Shown here piece by piece: positions 46,101 through 48,211 of a stretch of 48,211 bases of DNA. Within the stretch, counting starts at the first letter, position 1, and the number at the start of each line of letters is the position of its first letter. The stretch spans positions 1 through 48,211 of the forward strand of contig JAYVOC010000246.1 of NCBI GenBank assembly GCA_043758125.1, written 5' to 3'. This DNA comes from Bacteroidota bacterium (GTDB lineage: Bacteria > Bacteroidota > Bacteroidia > AKYH767-A > OLB10). The notes under the pieces were generated by a model that had not been told where the DNA came from, searched no databases, and worked only from the letters and a program-made list of their open reading frames with translations. The translations under genes were made by a program, and so were the position numbers.

Positions 46101-48211
46101 GTATCTCCGGCACACGCTCTTCTTGTATTTGCTGAAATAGGATTATTTACACTTACTGAAAAAGATTTAGCAACGTAAGTACTACAATGATTTGTATCAA
46201 CAGCATTCAAACTAATTACATAACTCCCATTTGAGTTTGGATATAAAATAGATGTTGATGATGCATTAGAAGTATTCCAATTTCCGAAATCCCAAACAGA
46301 TGAAATTGTAGGTATCATTGTACTAACATTTACGATAACACCAGTACAAGTATTCTGCGTAACAATATTAAAATCAGTAACTGGTTTTACTACATGATAA
46401 ATTTCTGAAAACAATAATGTATCATTATTACCTAATGAATCAGTCGCTATTAAAATAGTTTGAAATGCTCCGGATGTAATGTAGGAATGAATTGGATTTT
46501 GTTGAGATGAAGTTGTTCCATCACCAAACAACCAAACAACACTCGCTGCACTTGTATATGGATTATTATACTGAACAGTATATGGAGCGCAATGATAAAC
46601 AATTGGTGTTGGTTGAATTACTCCTCCACCTAAAGATCCACTTCCTGGACCTGCTGGTCCGAAAGTAATCGGAGGATAAGTATAGGTATACTGGCAACTA
46701 TCATTTCCAATAGTAAGAGAAATAGTATATGGTCCTAAACCTGCAAAAGTATGTGCAGGATCTTGTAATGACGATGAATCTCCATCACCAAATGACCAAT
46801 GCCACCATGTTGCACTTGTAGAATTTGCGTGAAACTGAGCATCAATTGGTATAATAGTATCAGTAACAACAATTGTTGCATTTGCTCCTAAACCAGTAAT
46901 TTGAACACCTCCACTTGATTGTAATGTAGTACTACAACCACCAGGAGTAGTTACTTGTAAGGTAATATCAAAAGATCCAGGATTCGAATAAGAATGAGTT
47001 GGGTTTTGTAAAGAAGAATTACCTCCATCACCAAAACTCCAATTCCAAGCTGCTGCATTTAGAGAACTATCAGAAAATGTTACAATATAGGGTGGACACT
47101 TTGTAACACTATAAGAAAAATCTGGAACAGCACCATCAATAATAAATGTTTGGAAGTTTCCAATGTAATAAGAGCACCCACCATTGGGCATCCAAGTAGT
47201 TAATGAAACCGTATATGTTCCGGGTGTATCATAAGTATGAGCAGGATTTGATAATGTTGATGTTGTTCCGTCACCAAAATCCCATAACCATGCGGATGCA
47301 GAAGAAGCATCAGCAAAATTTACAGAATGTGGTGCACAAGCAGTAATTGGGGCAGGCGATATAAAATTCATTATTGAACCAGTCACATTTATTGCTGTTG
47401 GATAAACTAAAGTATCCTTACAGCCTTGTGTGTTTGTTACAATAAGACTTACAGTATATGTTCCAATGTTATTATATACGTGACTTGGATGTTGTAAAGT
47501 TGAATATGTTCCATCGCCAAAACTCCAGCTATAAGAAACTGCATTTATAGATGTATTTGAAAAATTTACTGTTAATGGATTACATCCTGTTGTAATATCA
47601 GGATGAAATGATGCTGTTGGTCCGTTTACGTTTACATAGTACCAGTTATTCTTTACAATTTTAGTACATCCATTCTGACTAGTTGCAACTAAGGAAGGAA
47701 CAAAATATCCAATTGAATCATATACATGTACAGGATTTGGTAAAATAGAAGTCTGACCATCCCCAAAATCCCAAAACCACGAGAAATTACCTAAAGAAGA
47801 ACCATTAGAGAAAGTTACGGTTAATGGTTTACAACCTGCATTATTCGCCATTGTAAACTGAGGTGATGGAGACGCATCAACTCTCACTGTATCCAAAAAG
47901 ACTTTTTGCGAACATCCATTAGGATAAACAATATTCACATATCCTGCATAAACTCCTGCAGAATCATAATAACATCCTGCATTTTTTGTGAAAGCAGAAT
48001 CTCCATTACCAAATACCCAATAAGAATTCGATGGACTTGGTGCAGTACTAGTAAATGAAATTGAAAATGGAGTACATCCAATTACTGGACCTGATGTAAT
48101 TATTGGTAAAGGATTACTTAATACATCCAAAGTAGAAATTAGATGTGCAGTATCCTTACATCCAAAACTATTTTGCGTAATTAATTCAACATTAAAATTA
48201 CCAACAATCGA
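43166..48211 (-). CDS. Giant PKD-repeat surface protein, 5' end outside the window
   Basis: At least 16 PKD modules (W-x-FGDG ... GC). The reading frame stays open past the TTG at 48130 to the window edge (SIVGNFNVELITQNSFGCKDTAHLIST precedes the listed start), so the gene is partial. The C-terminal 345 aa form four FN3-like modules. I see no recognisable T9SS CTD. Confidence 0.9.
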   Translation of the reverse strand, partial: SIVGNFNVELITQNSFGCKDTAHLISTLDVLSNPLPIITSGPVIGCTPFSISFTSTAPSPSNSYWVFGNGDSAFTKNAGCYYDSAGVYAGYVNIVYPNGCSQKVFLDTVRVDASPSPQFTMANNAGCKPLTVTFSNGSSLGNFSWFWDFGDGQTSILPNPVHVYDSIGYFVPSLVATSQNGCTKIVKNNWYYVNVNGPTASFHPDITTGCNPLTVNFSNTSINAVSYSWSFGDGTYSTLQHPSHVYNNIGTYTVSLIVTNTQGCKDTLVYPTAINVTGSIMNFISPAPITACAPHSVNFADASSASAWLWDFGDGTTSTLSNPAHTYDTPGTYTVSLTTWMPNGGCSYYIGNFQTFIIDGAVPDFSYSVTKCPPYIVTFSDSSLNAAAWNWSFGDGGNSSLQNPTHSYSNPGSFDITLQVTTPGGCSTTLQSSGGVQITGLGANATIVVTDTIIPIDAQFHANSTSATWWHWSFGDGDSSSLQDPAHTFAGLGPYTISLTIGNDSCQYTYTYPPITFGPAGPGSGSLGGGVIQPTPIVYHCAPYTVQYNNPYTSAASVVWLFGDGTTSSQQNPIHSYITSGAFQTILIATDSLGNNDTLLFSEIYHVVKPVTDFNIVTQNTCTGVIVNVSTMIPTISSVWDFGNWNTSNASSTSILYPNSNGSYVISLNAVDTNHCSTYVAKSFSVSVNNPISANTRRACAGDTISFSVGNMNYASYDWSFGDGSTSNVKNATHVYTDSLSFQVTLVATDINNCPTTFNMIYLIQIFDPKPSFTYTPPVSNCQYVYVQFTNKSTNSDAWSWSFGDGGISSVKDPQHTYFSLGYHDVTLTAYKDICSKSITIPNLVYVADLIPDFSYTYTGNCIPTVATFTNLSTDAVKWQWDFGDGDSSTLQNPVHTYLKPPSGPITLKVTDVNQCSKSISKPSFNGTLSYFILNDSSGCNPFTTTFIDSSSNAISWAWDFGDSFTSNQKNPSHTYTVDGIYSIQLVVQSSSGCYDTLKVDSLIAVGTATANFAADSTSGCVPLIVNFTDQSQSTNNWIWDFGDGSNSSLQNPSHVYSAPGIYTVMLISKNQFGCADTIVKTQFITVRGSIPYFNVSTHFGCAPLAIAFTDSSQGAIGWNWNFGDGTTDNSINPVHIYPDSGSYTVSLYTIDSTGCSTIYTMPQPILVSPLISANFTTSDLVGCTPFTVHLDNSGSIADSSIWIMGDGNIIYGNNPTYTYLQGGSYSIKLISKNNYGCADTFVFAQNIIVNNQPIAGFLSDVTQGCSPVNVQFINTSEELYNPNFHWDFGNGDTSNLENPLYIFNADGVYSITLIVTNEGGCSSTFAWPNLITVFDTIPPPPTSLYRVTVNDDHEVELNWHLCNLRDMNYYIVYRYNNVTSSYDSIAQIFQNNVAIINNIPVYKDYNVSTLTNTYTYKVAAFDFCLHHEPITALKEHTTMNVEAQADTLKVNLNWTPYLGCEFNRYDIYRQENLAGPYQIVASVDTNTHQFTDTTTYCPMVYSYKISAVAICQDAMFNSWSDTANATPSSDISNQYVDVIRSTVVDNHFVLTEWKTPILHPDLVERYNIFRSTDKQNFKFLASVPALMHEFSDYDVEVGQQEYYYKVEIQNVCNSATASSNINSSILLQIQQNDLSNILKWTKYFDWNSGVDRYVIEKLNVNNVWEEIQTIDGTTVQWEEK

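Noticed and set aside
1-48211. CRISPR arrays, tRNA/rRNA genes, IS elements or transposases, integrases, toxin-antitoxin or classical defence genes
   Set aside because: The intergenic gaps are short (mostly under 250 bp) and lack spaced repeats or cloverleaf-like GC-rich segments. No ORF shows transposase, integrase or nuclease motifs that I can recognise.

Overview
AT-rich window (about one-third GC by eye) with the hallmarks of a Bacteroidota chromosome: T9SS type-A C-terminal sorting domains, giant PKD-repeat surface proteins, TAnnTTTG-type -7 boxes and dense operons with overlapping stops and starts. Layout: (1) housekeeping block 1-4333 on the minus strand: a secreted-protein 5' end, a PASTA protein, an unusual 900-aa tandem Ddl-Ddl fusion and RdgB. 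(2) 4546-10764: a large polytopic membrane protein and a 1368-aa PKD/T9SS surface protein. (3) 10769-40270: a glycan-biosynthesis island of about 30 kb. It holds about 12 glycosyltransferases (GT2, GT4, GT11, GT-C), 5 methyltransferases, a Wzm/Wzt ABC exporter, two AsnB-type enzymes, a NodB deacetylase, a formyltransferase and an acyltransferase-3. A heavily decayed tail-fibre/S74/T9SS pseudogene at 16597-18399 interrupts it. (4) housekeeping 40267-43191: rlmH, DUF4783, nadC, yihY. (5) a second giant PKD protein (43166 to beyond 48211, minus strand), still open at the window edge. I saw no rRNA, tRNA, CRISPR array, IS element or prophage. The best second-look candidates are an Arn/Lgm-like lipid-carrier aminosugar cassette with an embedded methyltransferase (29503-34369), a Wzt with a cap-binding-type C-terminal extension co-operonic with four methyltransferases, the Ddl-Ddl fusion, and the single decayed gene inside an otherwise intact locus. 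All functional calls rest on motifs read by eye from the translations. No database search was possible.
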